Below are positions 10,339 through 20,006 of a stretch of 64,000 nt of DNA, piece after piece. Both the position numbers and the translations under genes were made by a program. The notes beneath the pieces are model-generated. The model did not search any database. It was not told the origin of the DNA and saw only the letters and a list, made by a program, of their open reading frames with translations. The number at the start of each line of letters is the position of its first letter. The first letter of the stretch is position 1. Source of the DNA: an uncultured delta proteobacterium (lineage in GTDB: Bacteria > Myxococcota_A > Polyangia > Polyangiales > Polyangiaceae); assembly GCA_963782055.1 (NCBI GenBank), contig CAWAIF010000003.1, forward strand, positions 5,312,001 to 5,376,000, read 5' to 3'.

Positions 10339-11143
10339 CGGGAACGATGCTGAGCGGTTGCGGCGTCCGTGTCGGCGCCGGCGTCGTGTCGGCCGCCTGC
10401 GGAGGCTGCGGAGGCTGCGGGAGCACGGGACGCCACGAGGTGATCGCCTCGTAGCGCGACTTGTTCACGCGCCACCGCAGATCCTCGACCTCGATCTCCA
10501 CATCGCACTCGTGGAGGAGCGCGGTCGGTCCTGCGGGTGCGCCCGTCGCGTTCACTTGGCTGGTCACGAACAACACGCGCAGGTGCGGGAGCACGCTCAG
10601 GATGTGCCGGAGCTCGCCCGAGGTCCACGCGCTCTGCTGCGCCGAATCGATGCAGGCGCCGACGCACTTCCAGTCGTGCAGCAGCCTGCACACATCGTCG
10701 ACCGACGCGCCGCGCCCGACGACGTAGAAGTCCTCGCGCTTCACGGCGGTGCGGACCAGCAGCTCGCGGACGGCTGGCCCCACGCCGCTCTCCGTTGCGA
10801 CGAGGGCGACGGCGCCGCCCTGCAGCGTGTCGAGAGAACGGCAGGCCATCGTGCTCTTCCCCATCCCGGGGCGACCCCACAACAGCACCATCGCCTTCTG
10901 CACGAGGCGCAGCATCGGGTACGCCGCGACGTGTAGCTCTTGCCACGACTGGCCGACGAGCTCCCTCGCTGACGCGGCCTCGACGACGGAATCGATCCGG
11001 GCCGTCGGCCGATGGCCACGTAGCACACAGAGCCCGGCCTCCTGACATCCGCCGCAAAACCGCACGTGCGACGGGTACCTCCTTGCGCAGCCGAGGCACA
11101 CCCAGGGCCAAGTACGCGGGTCGCCGGCGCCAGTCGCGCTCAT
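10307..11143 (-). CDS. RadA/Sms-like Zn-finger + P-loop ATPase lacking the Lon-like C-terminal domain
   Basis: WVCLGC...FCGGC Zn finger, GRPGMGKST Walker A, CIDSAQ Walker B, AGPTALLHECD resembles RadA AGP..LEH.VD. Confidence 0.7.
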   Translation of the reverse strand: MSATGAGDPRTWPWVCLGCARRYPSHVRFCGGCQEAGLCVLRGHRPTARIDSVVEAASARELVGQSWQELHVAAYPMLRLVQKAMVLLWGRPGMGKSTMACRSLDTLQGGAVALVATESGVGPAVRELLVRTAVKREDFYVVGRGASVDDVCRLLHDWKCVGACIDSAQQSAWTSGELRHILSVLPHLRVLFVTSQVNATGAPAGPTALLHECDVEIEVEDLRWRVNKSRYEAITSWRPVLPQPPQPPQAADTTPAPTRTPQPLSIVPDAAKEQPDGT

Positions 11144-11189
11144 CCTGCGCGCCCGGCGGATCTGGCCGGCACCTGCGGCCTGCCCCTCG

Positions 11190-11345
11190 GGGATGAATTC
11201 ATCGCATTCATCACGTTCATCTATTGGGGAAGCTACCCGAACGCCGCGGTCGTCGCCACTAAATTAACAGTATTATCATAGCGTTATGGTCACACGCGGA
11301 AAGTCATATACAGGCGCCTACGGGAGTGGTATGCTACGCGCTAGT
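11190..11345. promoter_or_regulatory. AT-rich divergent promoter region
   Basis: Non-coding between divergent ORFs; three TTCATC repeats; TGGTATGCT extended -10-like site upstream of 11362. Confidence 0.4.
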
Positions 11346-11361
11346 TAGCGGGACGGGCTGA

Positions 11362-11784
11362 ATGACGAACGACGAATTCCAGTACGAGTACGCGCGGTTC
11401 CTCGCGGAGCCGCCGGCCCCGCCCATCTGCGAGGAGGACTGGGACCTCTACCTGCGGATCGCGGACGGGTGGCTGCCGCATCCCACGCTGCTGTTGGCCA
11501 TGCTCCGCGACGGGCGCCTCCGATCGCAGGGCTTCGAGAGCGCGTTCCGCGTCCAGAAGGCCCGGCGGTCAGCTCGTCGCCGACTCCGTCCTCGCCTCTG
11601 CTCTCTCGCGCGCGATCGCGCGGCGGCGAGGCGGCCCAGTGCGGTGCGGCGCGCGCGCCAGCCCGGGCGTGCGCGTGCTCGCCGCGTAAGCCGATGTCGG
11701 GTGCGGACTGCGCCTGACGACCCAGCGCCACCCGCATCACACCGAGGTGGGGCACCCGTCCGTCCTCGTGGGGGCCCGGCGTGA
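11362..11784 (+). CDS. Hypothetical protein
   Basis: First ORF of rightward operon, overlaps next by 4 bp. Confidence 0.45.
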   Translation: MTNDEFQYEYARFLAEPPAPPICEEDWDLYLRIADGWLPHPTLLLAMLRDGRLRSQGFESAFRVQKARRSARRRLRPRLCSLARDRAAARRPSAVRRARQPGRARARRVSRCRVRTAPDDPAPPASHRGGAPVRPRGGPA

Positions 11785-12098
11785 GGCCCGCGTACGAGGC
11801 TCTGTGCGGCGCGGTCGACGATGCGCTGTGTGCCTGCTCTGCGCGACCGCCGCTGCATGAGTCTCCGGCTGGCAGGCGCCGGGCTGCACTGTGGCTCCTC
11901 GCGCGCCGCCTCGACGCGCTGCGTGCCGCTCATCGGATGCTCGGCATCTACGCGCGCGCCGGAAACGTCGGGGCGGCACTGCGCGCTCTGCGTGTGCTCG
12001 GCCAGCGCCTCCGCCGTGCCCTCCGTGCTGCCGAGCGCGTCCGGGAGCTGCACGCTCCGGCCCGCCCCTGGACACATGCGGATCAGGAGGCGGCATGA
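11781..12098 (+). CDS. Hypothetical protein
   Basis: Coupled to both neighbours (GTGA/ATGA overlaps). Confidence 0.45.
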   Translation: MRPAYEALCGAVDDALCACSARPPLHESPAGRRRAALWLLARRLDALRAAHRMLGIYARAGNVGAALRALRVLGQRLRRALRAAERVRELHAPARPWTHADQEAA

Positions 12099-13249
12099 GC
12101 ACCGACCACCTCGCACGAGAGAGCCATGCCGAGTCCGACATCCGCAACGCGGAGCGTCTCGTCGAGCTGCGCGGCGATGACCTGCGCTACATCCCGGAGC
12201 AGAAGCGGTGGCTCGTATGGGACGGGCGGCGATGGCGGACCGGTGCCACGGAGCAGGCCTATGCCCTCGCGGTGGACACCGCGCGGGTCTTGCTGGCGTC
12301 AGCAAAGCAGGAGCTGGTGAGGCGGACGGAGGATCACGCGGTCGCGTCCGCGCACGGCAGCAACGACGCAAGGAAGAACATCAAGGAGGCGGAGCGCACG
12401 CTTCGCTGGGCGGCGAGGAGCCAGCTAGCGCCCCGCCTGCACGCGATGCTGGACGTAGCCAGGTCCCACGCCCACCTCATCGTCGCTCCGACCAATCTCG
12501 ACAGCGACCCGTTCCTGCTCAACGTTCTGAACGGCACGGTGGACCTGCGCACCGGCAGTCTGCTGCCCCATCGGCGGGAGGAGCTCCTCACCAAGCTCGC
12601 GCCGGTGCCGTACGATCCGGACGCCACGTGCCCCCGCTTCGACGCGTTCGTTCGACGCGTCCAGAACGGCGACGTCGAACGCATCGCCTTCCTGCGCCAG
12701 TTCCTCGGCTACTGCCTTTCGGGCGATGTTCGCGAGCACATCCTCACGTTCTGGTTCGGTCCCGGCGGCAATGGGAAGAGCGTGCTGGCGAAGCTGATCA
12801 TGCACGCGATGGGCGACTACGCCGTGAAGGCGGCGCCGGACCTGCTCTTCCGTGGCCGGACCGAGCGGCACCCGACCGAGCTCGCGGACCTCCACGGAGC
12901 GCGACTGGTCGTGTGCAACGAGACGCAACGTCTCAAGCAGTGGGATGAGGCGACGGTCAAGGACATCACCGGCGGCGACACGATCAAGGCGAGGCGCATG
13001 CGGGAGGACTGGTGGTCATACGATCCTACCTTCAAGCTGGCGGTCCTCGGCAATCACAAGCCCCACTTCATCGGGCCTCCGGACGGCGGGATCCAACGGC
13101 GCCTTCGACTCATCCCGTTCGACGTGACGATCCCGCAGGACGAGATCGACCGCGAGCTGGACAGGAAGCTCTGGGCCGAGGCAGGCGGCGTGCTCGCCTG
13201 GCTCGTGCGCGGCTGCCTCGAGTGGCAGCAGCACGGTCTCCGGGAACCG

Positions 13250-14694
13250 CATGCCCGATCTCTTAAGCACCGATCGCCCCAAGTTTGAGGGCGATTCGTT
13301 TCCTGGAGCGTGAAGGTTGTCGTTCGCGTGCCAGAGCGACGAGTGCCGCGCCCACGGTGGTCACGACGGCAGTCCACGCGGCGGTGCTCAGGGAGACGAG
13401 GGCGTCGACCAGGTCCCGCGCGTAGGCGCGCACGACGTGCAACGTCGCCAGGGGGCGCAGTTGCTCGAGAGGGACGTCGCGCGCGAGTGCAGCCTGGATC
13501 CTGACCGAGCGCACGAGCGCGTGGGCGAGCATCGCGCCGTAGGTGAGCGCCTTGATCGCGTGGGGATCGGCGGTGAAGGAGCGGCCGAGGTCGGCGGTCT
13601 GCTTCAGCTCGCGAAAGAGCAGCTCGATCAGCCAGCGGAGTCGGTAGGTCTGGATGATCTGCCGTGGCGAGAGCACGCTGCGCGGCACGGTGGTCAGGTA
13701 CCAGCGGATGACGGTCGACTTGTGCGCGAGTCCCACGAGCCGCAATGCGACGGTGTCCTTGCCCTTGCCCCACGTCACGTCGAGGTCGAAGATCGTCCCG
13801 CGCTTGCGCGACACGCTCTGCAGGTAGTAGCCAAGCGACCAGTTGTGGAGCGGGGTGTGGCCGTTCTCCGAGATGTGCGCGGTCACGCGTACCTTCGCCG
13901 TGGTCTTGAGGCGCATCAGCACGTGCGCGCCGGCAGCCTTCGCCTGCGTGAACAGAGCGCGCTCGAAAAAGCCGAGGTCGAAGAGGTAGAGCACCCCGCG
14001 CGTGAAGCTCGGGACCAGCTTCCGCCACAGCGGCGTCTCCGACGCGGTCTCCGCGTCGGAGACGCCGTGCTCGAGCAGGCCGGTCTTGATGCTGTAGCCC
14101 ATCACCCACTTGGTGCCGGCCTTGCCCTTGGTGCATCCCGGCAGCAGCTCGCGCCCGCGCGGTGGCACGCGCTGCCCCGTACCGTCGTAGACCCGCACGT
14201 CCTCGAAGCGGGCGAGCGGCCCGCTCAGCTCCAGGCCCGCCGCCTTCGTCACTGACGCCACGAGGTGCTCGAGCGCCGCGCGGAAGAACGCCGCCGCCGA
14301 CTCCTGCTTGAACCGCTTCTGGAACGGGCACGGGCGCATGAAGCCGAAGCGCCTCACGAAGATCGCCCGCAGCGACTCGAACGACAGCGTCTGGCCCGCG
14401 AGGAACCCCTCGACGACCGTGAGCACCAGGCGGAACGCGGTGGCGCGCCGCTGCCGCGGGTTGTAGCCGGTGCGGCCCCGAAGCTCGTCGATGACCGCCG
14501 GCGTGAAGGTCCGCTGCAGCTGCTCCTCCACCGCGCTCGCCTCTTCGCTCGGGTCTGGACGGCTGCTCGTGGCTCGGGTAGCTCTCGTCGTCATCGGGCG
14601 TCCTCTCCTTGTTGGTGTCGCAACCGAACAACGAGAAAGGCGCCCGATTTATTTCCATCATTCCGCCACGTTATGTCCAAAGGATCTGGCCATG
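13250..14694 (-). mobile_element. IS4-family insertion sequence, 10-bp TSD CCGGGAACCG (13240-13249, 14695-14704)
   Basis: Exact TSD; imperfect ends CATGCCCGATC / GATCTGGCCATG. Confidence 0.9.
13263..14594 (-). CDS. IS4-family DDE transposase
   Basis: YDGT, FDLGF, YRLRWLIELLFRELK (YREK motif). Confidence 0.9.
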   Translation of the reverse strand: MTTRATRATSSRPDPSEEASAVEEQLQRTFTPAVIDELRGRTGYNPRQRRATAFRLVLTVVEGFLAGQTLSFESLRAIFVRRFGFMRPCPFQKRFKQESAAAFFRAALEHLVASVTKAAGLELSGPLARFEDVRVYDGTGQRVPPRGRELLPGCTKGKAGTKWVMGYSIKTGLLEHGVSDAETASETPLWRKLVPSFTRGVLYLFDLGFFERALFTQAKAAGAHVLMRLKTTAKVRVTAHISENGHTPLHNWSLGYYLQSVSRKRGTIFDLDVTWGKGKDTVALRLVGLAHKSTVIRWYLTTVPRSVLSPRQIIQTYRLRWLIELLFRELKQTADLGRSFTADPHAIKALTYGAMLAHALVRSVRIQAALARDVPLEQLRPLATLHVVRAYARDLVDALVSLSTAAWTAVVTTVGAALVALARERQPSRSRKRIALKLGAIGA

Positions 14695-15212
14695 CCGGGA
14701 ACCGTCGGCGGTGGCCGCGGCGACGCAAGCGTACTTCGCCGACGAGGACGTCATCGGGGCGTACCTCGCGGCGCGATGCGTCCTCGACGAGGGAGGCCGC
14801 GTCGGCCGGACAGTGCTGCGGGACGACTATGAGGAGTGGTGTGCGGATCGAGGCGAGGCTCCTCGAGACGCGCGCGCACTCAGCGAGGCCGTTCGGGACC
14901 GCGGCGTGCGTCCGGCAAAGGTCAAGGTGGACGGGGTGTCTCGCGAGGGCTGGCGCGGCCTGCGACTCCGGACACAAGCGGAGTCCGAGGTGCATGACGC
15001 GGTGGTGGCGAGCGGTGGTGGTGGTGGTGTTTCTACGGCATCGATCGATCCGCGACGCACGCACGATCCCGCCGATCCGGAAGTCGACCGCCACGACCAC
15101 CACACCACCACCCGCGACGAGCGCCCCGCGGCGTCTTGGCCACGACGCGAGGCGGGGCAGAGCTAGCGCAGACGATCCAGCAAGCAGAACAACGCGAAAC
15201 GAGGAACCCATC

Positions 15213-15524
15213 ATGACCAACGACAACGACGAGACCAACGAGACCCGGCCGGAGGCCATCGCGGCCAAGGCCACGCCTCCGCGCAAGCCCAAGGCGCACC
15301 ACGCCCCTCCCCGGCTTCCGCCCAGCCGCACACCGAGTCCGCTTCTCAGCGTCGAGGAGGCCGCCGTCGTCCTGCGCATGACGCCCGAGGGCCTTCGCGC
15401 GCGCCTGCGCCGCGCGGCGGAGAAGCGGGGCGACACGGTGATCGCCAGGCTGGGCGCGGCCGCCGTCGGGATGCGGATCGGGAGGCACTGGAGGATCCGC
15501 GTGACGGCGCAAGACGTGAAGTGA
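15213..15524 (+). CDS. Excisionase-like HTH protein
   Basis: LLSVEEAAVVLRMT...RIGRHWRI; directly upstream of integrase. Confidence 0.7.
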   Translation: MTNDNDETNETRPEAIAAKATPPRKPKAHHAPPRLPPSRTPSPLLSVEEAAVVLRMTPEGLRARLRRAAEKRGDTVIARLGAAAVGMRIGRHWRIRVTAQDVK

Positions 15525-15572
15525 GGCGGCGGCAAGTCACGGCGTGCTACGCTTCGTAGCGTCACGTCGTAC

Positions 15573-16721
15573 GTGTCGCCGCCCACGATGGAGTTCATCA
15601 TCATGGGCAAGAGAAACGACGGCGGCGTCCGCACCGAGACTCGGCGCGGCGTCCACACCCTGGTCATTGACTTTACCTTTCGTGATTCGGACGGTCGCGC
15701 GCAGCGCTACCGGCGCGATGCGACCGTCCAGCAACGCGGCTCCGCGCTCGCGGAGGCCGCGCGGTTGCGACGGCTGGCCGTTGCGAACGGCACGCTCGAC
15801 ATCGCTCCGCAGGTGCAGACCTTTGCGGCGTTCGTCGCGACCGACTTCCGTCCGCTGGCCATGGCGAGGTACTCGCCGGCCACACGAGAGCGCTACGAGC
15901 GCGTTCTCACAGCGCCCGGCGGCCTGATCGAGCTTCTCGGCTCGGTGCGCATCGACGCCATCGGCGCTCGCGAGCTGAGGCTGGTCGAGGCAGAGCACCA
16001 TCGGCGTGGCACGAGCCCACGTCAGGCGCTCATCCTGGCGCACGGCATCATCCGGGTCGCCGTCGAGCACGGCAAGCTCACGCAGATGCCGGTGCTGCCC
16101 AAGCATCCGAAGGCACCGCGCAAGCTCCCTGCGTGCCCGAGTGTTGGCGATGTCCGTCGCCTTCTGGAGTCGGCGACCGGATGGCTTCGCGTTGCCGTCG
16201 CCGTCGCGGCACTTGGCGGGCTGCGCAACGGAGAGGCGCGGGCGCTGCGTGCCGGCGACGTCGACATCCAGACGGGCTTGCTCTGCGTGAGGCGGGCCTA
16301 CTCGCACCACGAGATCCGCAGCCCGAAGAGCAAGCTGGAGCGCGTGATCCCGATGGGCGACCTCCTCCGCGGCATCCTCGCGGAGGCGGTGCGCGGCAAG
16401 CGCCCGACGGACACGCTGGTGGTGACGGAGGACGGGCGCACGCCGAGCAGGCAAGCGCTGTACAAGTCCTTCACGTCGCTCTGCCGTCGCGCGGGCCTCG
16501 CGAGGACGTGGTCCTTCCACTCGCTGCGCCACGCCTTCGGCACGCACGCGCTCCGCGCCGGCGCCAACGTCGAGGCGGTGCGCGAGCTCCTCGGCCACCG
16601 CGACCTCGCGACCACGAGCGGTTACCTGCACGCTCTCGCTGCGGACAAACCGTCCGCTACCGAGGCGCTCAACAGGCAACTGGTCGGAAACGCCACCGAG
16701 CCGAATCACGTAACCGCTTAG
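15573..16721 (+). CDS. Tyrosine recombinase/integrase (true start perhaps 15588 or 15603)
   Basis: GLRNGEARAL (R), PKS (K), HSLRH, LLGH, GY catalytic residues; ends next to tRNA-derived att. Confidence 0.93.
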   Translation: MSPPTMEFIIMGKRNDGGVRTETRRGVHTLVIDFTFRDSDGRAQRYRRDATVQQRGSALAEAARLRRLAVANGTLDIAPQVQTFAAFVATDFRPLAMARYSPATRERYERVLTAPGGLIELLGSVRIDAIGARELRLVEAEHHRRGTSPRQALILAHGIIRVAVEHGKLTQMPVLPKHPKAPRKLPACPSVGDVRRLLESATGWLRVAVAVAALGGLRNGEARALRAGDVDIQTGLLCVRRAYSHHEIRSPKSKLERVIPMGDLLRGILAEAVRGKRPTDTLVVTEDGRTPSRQALYKSFTSLCRRAGLARTWSFHSLRHAFGTHALRAGANVEAVRELLGHRDLATTSGYLHALAADKPSATEALNRQLVGNATEPNHVTA

Positions 16722-16746
16722 AATTACGTTTCTTTCTTGGCTTCGA

Positions 16747-16767
16747 GAGCGGGAGAAGGGATTCGAA
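16747..16767 (-). repeat. att core copy 1: 21 bp of tRNA-Gly 3' end, repeated at 16893-16913
   Basis: GAGCGGGAGAAGGGATTCGAA exact direct repeat. Confidence 0.85.
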
Positions 16768-16891
16768 TCCGAGTGCACGAGTGCATCGGCCGCCGCCCAC
16801 CGTGTGCCCTCCGCGCTGGCCGATGCACGAGTGCGGGAGGACGAAGGGCATGCGCAACAGAAGCCACGCCCTGCCGGTCGCCATGCCTGTC

Positions 16892-16959
16892 GGAGCGGGA
16901 GAAGGGATTCGAACCCTCGACGTCCACCTTGGCAAGAGGGCTCCCCTGCGTTTTCCCGC
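16892..16959 (-). pseudogene. tRNA-Gly(GCC) remnant / att site: intact 3' half, degenerate 5' half
   Basis: Minus strand reads GCGGGAAAACGCAGGGGAGCCCT-CTTGCCAAG-GTGGACGTC-GAGGGTTCGAATCCCTT-CTCCCGCTCC; D arm and anticodon stem broken. Confidence 0.8.
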
Positions 16960-17030
16960 GTGTCAGGCCGTTACAAGTATCGAGAAACACACACACGGGC
17001 GTGACTCAGGCGGTCCAGCCGTGACGCTCA

Positions 17031-17073
17031 AGTGGTGCTCCAGGTGGTGCTCCGGAAGCTGGAGCACCACCTG
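17031..17073. repeat. Three GTGGTGCTCC motifs including a perfect 13-bp inverted repeat; candidate integrase arm sites or terminator
   Basis: CAGGTGGTGCTCC-ggaagct-GGAGCACCACCTG. Confidence 0.6.
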
Positions 17074-17151
17074 TGGCCCAACGTGTGGAACTGCCAGCCG
17101 AATTCGGAGTGAAGCGCGCGGCGATGCGACAAATCGTGGGGCATCACCGAA

Positions 17152-18075
17152 TCATCGCTTCCACGCGGGTCCCTTCGGCGCCCATTCCGCCGCGAGCTCG
17201 CGTCCATCTCGTGCGGCCTCGAGCGGAGGCCAGAGGAACGGCGCGATGAAGTCCACGACGTGCGCCAGTGGGAGGTTGGCCGGCGCCAGCCTCCCACGCG
17301 TCATGAACGCCTTCCACTGCGTCGCTTTGGTTGCGTCGGCCGAGAAGGCCGGCGTCAGGGCCGTCGGCATCGCGTCGGGGATGGCGGTCCCGCGACGCGC
17401 GAACGTGGCGCGCATCGCGCCGCTCAGCACGGTGCCCTCGAACGCGAACGTCTGCGCCAGGAACCAGACGTCGAAGAAGTCCTTCATCCGGCTGTTCGCG
17501 ATGCCCAGATTGACCATCGCCTCGAGCTTCTCGGCGATGACGGACTCGCGCGGGTAGGCGCACAGCCTGGGCGGTGGCGCACCGAGCAGCGTCGGGAACT
17601 CGACCTCGACGACGGCGGGCGTGACGGCGTCGCCAAAGCCGACGTCGACCTGGAGCTCGAGCCGCGCGCTGCCGATGCGAGCGGTCACGTTGACACGGAC
17701 CCCCTCATACTCGGCGTCCTCCTTGATGCGCGCCGCGTGGACGCTCTTCGGGTCGAACGTGACGCCGTCGTCGTCCACCGCGACCGCGCACAGGTCTCGA
17801 AAGATGCCCTCGAGGCGGGGTATGTCGGGGGCACCCGTGCCGAGCAGGTCGAGGTCCTTCGTCGGTCGATGCAGTGCCGGCGACCAGACGCGGAAGAGCA
17901 TCGCCCCCTTCAGCGTGAACGCCTTGCGGTACGTCGACCGCTCGAGCCGCGCGAGCAGACGCTCCAGGGCGTAGCGCGTGAGCACGTACGTGAAGTCCTC
18001 GCCGCTCGCCTTCGACACGTTGAGCAGGCGCGCCCGAACCGACGCGGCCATGTTCGTCGGCTTGCCGGTCTTCAC
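17152..18075 (-). CDS. abiEii: AbiEii nucleotidyltransferase toxin (type IV TA)
   Basis: ASVRARLLN, LKGA, RPTKDLDL, IAEKLEAM, NSRMKDFFD; GTG start overlaps antitoxin stop. Confidence 0.9.
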   Translation of the reverse strand: MKTGKPTNMAASVRARLLNVSKASGEDFTYVLTRYALERLLARLERSTYRKAFTLKGAMLFRVWSPALHRPTKDLDLLGTGAPDIPRLEGIFRDLCAVAVDDDGVTFDPKSVHAARIKEDAEYEGVRVNVTARIGSARLELQVDVGFGDAVTPAVVEVEFPTLLGAPPPRLCAYPRESVIAEKLEAMVNLGIANSRMKDFFDVWFLAQTFAFEGTVLSGAMRATFARRGTAIPDAMPTALTPAFSADATKATQWKAFMTRGRLAPANLPLAHVVDFIAPFLWPPLEAARDGRELAAEWAPKGPAWKR

Positions 18076-18677
18076 GCGAGCGACTCGAGGTAGGGGCGCA
18101 TCACGTTCGTGACGCGCGAAGCCGCGGCGGCCTTCATGAGCGCGTCCACGGAGCGGCGCTTCGAGCGGAGGTAGTCCCGCAGCGCCTCGAGCGCGACGTC
18201 GAGGCCAATCTTGTTGCGGTACTTGAAGCAGTCGGCGACCGTCTTCTCCTTCGAGGTGACGCGGACCGTCACCCCCTCGAGCTCGTGCTCCTCGACGCCA
18301 AACCGGAGGGCGACGCCCGAGAAGCGCACGATACGGAGGGGAGGCCAGTCGGTCTTGGGCTTGCGCGCCTTCACGTCGATGGCCAGCCAGACCTCGTGCG
18401 GACTCTGCGTCGTCAGGCCATGGAAGCGCAGCGCCGACAGCAGGCACACGACGCCGTGCGGGACGCGCGTGGCGGCCTCGACGAGCGTGTGGTGCTCGGT
18501 CGCCTTCACCTTCGCCGGGACGTAGAGCCCGCGCCCAACCCGCTCGAGCTGGCCCTGCTCCACGAGGCGCCCGAGTGCCGTGCGCGAGACGCCGCCGGCT
18601 ACGTCGCGCGGACGCAGAGCGCCGTGGCCATGGAGGGCAGCGGCGGCGCCGTTTGCTCGTTTGCGCTTCGTCGGCAC
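18072..18677 (-). CDS. abiEi: AbiEi antitoxin
   Basis: LERVGRGLY wHTH, CLLSALRFHGLT, TVADCFKYRNKIGLDVALEAL. Confidence 0.9.
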   Translation of the reverse strand: MPTKRKRANGAAAALHGHGALRPRDVAGGVSRTALGRLVEQGQLERVGRGLYVPAKVKATEHHTLVEAATRVPHGVVCLLSALRFHGLTTQSPHEVWLAIDVKARKPKTDWPPLRIVRFSGVALRFGVEEHELEGVTVRVTSKEKTVADCFKYRNKIGLDVALEALRDYLRSKRRSVDALMKAAAASRVTNVMRPYLESLA

Positions 18678-18731
18678 AAATCGATATATACCAACGTTTT
18701 GTAACGCGCGCCTCTCCTTCCGCCTGGCCGC

Positions 18732-18950
18732 CTACCTCCGCCACCGCGCGACCCGCTTCGAGAACGTCGCGAGCTTCCTATTCACCGCGGACAGGTCGAA
18801 CTTCGCGGCGTCGAACCCGCGTGGTGCCCACTGCTTCATCTCCACGTGCTCGTCGTCCTTGGGGTTCGCGAGCACGTCGACCAGGTGCGCGTAGCCGGGC
18901 GGGCCGCCGCAGTCCTCGGGTGGGCACGCGCGCGCGCCGCCGGTGCATCG
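18732..18950 (-). pseudogene. C-terminal fragment of pRiA4b ORF-3 family protein
   Basis: Manual translation CTGGARACPPEDCGGPPGYAHLVDVLANPKDDEHVEMKQW...FDAAKFDL; no start. Confidence 0.75.
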
Positions 18951-19136
18951 GATGGTCGTTCGACATGGCGACGCCCGGGACGAGCGACATCACCGAAGTG
19001 CAGGTGGACGCCATCACCTGCGCGGTCGTATCGGTCGACAGGGAGACGCCGGCCCAGCAGCAGGCCGAGAAGAAGTAGGGGTCACCAGTAGCGTCCGTTC
19101 TGGCCCCCCGGGCACCACCTGAGTACGTTCTCCCGT

Positions 19137-19502
19137 GTGATTCGCCTCCGCTTCGTCCAGGAGTACCGCGGCCGGCGCATCGTCACCAACGGCAAGCTCT
19201 ACGGCATCCAGGGCGAGCTCGTGACCGACTGCCGGTACTTGGACGTCGAGGGCGCGAGGGCCGCCATCAACTCCGAGGCGGGCGTCGCGGAACGCCGGAA
19301 GTACTTCGCGGCGCAGCGGCGGCACTTCGCGGCGCTCAGCGTGCAGGAGGGCGAGAAGTACGCCTTCGCCTGCGACTGCGGATGGCGCGGTCAGTACAAC
19401 CAGCCGGCGAAGGAGGGGCGCGATGTCGTCGTCGTGCGATGCCCGAAGTGCGCGAGCGACGACATCTACCTGGCCGTCCACGACGCTGCGGCCGAGCAGT
19501 GA
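19137..19502 (+). CDS. Hypothetical Zn-ribbon protein
   Basis: CDCGW...CPKC; good codon usage. Confidence 0.6.
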   Translation: MIRLRFVQEYRGRRIVTNGKLYGIQGELVTDCRYLDVEGARAAINSEAGVAERRKYFAAQRRHFAALSVQEGEKYAFACDCGWRGQYNQPAKEGRDVVVVRCPKCASDDIYLAVHDAAAEQ

Positions 19503-19524
19503 GCGCTCGTGGTAGACAGCCGCC

Positions 19525-19878
19525 ATGCTCGTCGTCGACCCCTGGCACTGGCTCACCGAGGACGGTCACTTCCTCGTCGACAACCCACGCCTCTACCGCC
19601 AGATGCTGCGCATCGCGCGGTTCATCGAGTACGGCGGCGAGGTCCGGAAGAACGAGACGCGCGAGACCCTCATCGAGTGCAAGCGCCGGCCGAAGAGCAA
19701 GGCGTGCACCGGACTCATGTGGGTGGTGAAGACCGCCGACGACGGCATCCTCGCGCACTGCATGGTCTGCAAGACCCAGGAGGTGTTCATCCACAACTGG
19801 CAGGAGACCGAGTGGGCTGCCGGCATGATGGAGCCGGTGCCGGTAGCTCTGGGCCTGCGGGACAAGACGTTGAATTGA
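19525..19878 (+). CDS. Hypothetical Cys-containing protein
   Basis: MLVVDPWHWL..., CKRRP..CTG, CMVC, HNWQETEWA. Confidence 0.65.
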   Translation: MLVVDPWHWLTEDGHFLVDNPRLYRQMLRIARFIEYGGEVRKNETRETLIECKRRPKSKACTGLMWVVKTADDGILAHCMVCKTQEVFIHNWQETEWAAGMMEPVPVALGLRDKTLN

Positions 19879-20006
19879 CCCCACACCACCAGAACAATCT
19901 CGAGCACGTTGTAGTAATTCAACCGAGGCAGACTTGCCGCCGACCCTCTACACATGCCCGATTTGTTGGACCGCGCGCGCCGGCCGTGAATACAATCGCG
20001 CCCACC

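Larger units (their letters stand above)
12095..15166 (+). pseudogene. P4-family/D5-like primase-helicase interrupted by IS4
   Basis: AGGAGG RBS; WLVWDGRRW, LNVLNGTVDLRTG (D5_N), GPGGNGKS Walker A, VKDITGGD; removing IS + one TSD restores ...GLREP/SAVAAATQAY... to stop 15166. Confidence 0.9.

Noticed and set aside
16892..16959. Functional tRNA-Gly
   Set aside because: D arm shortened and anticodon stem mispaired; treated as att remnant
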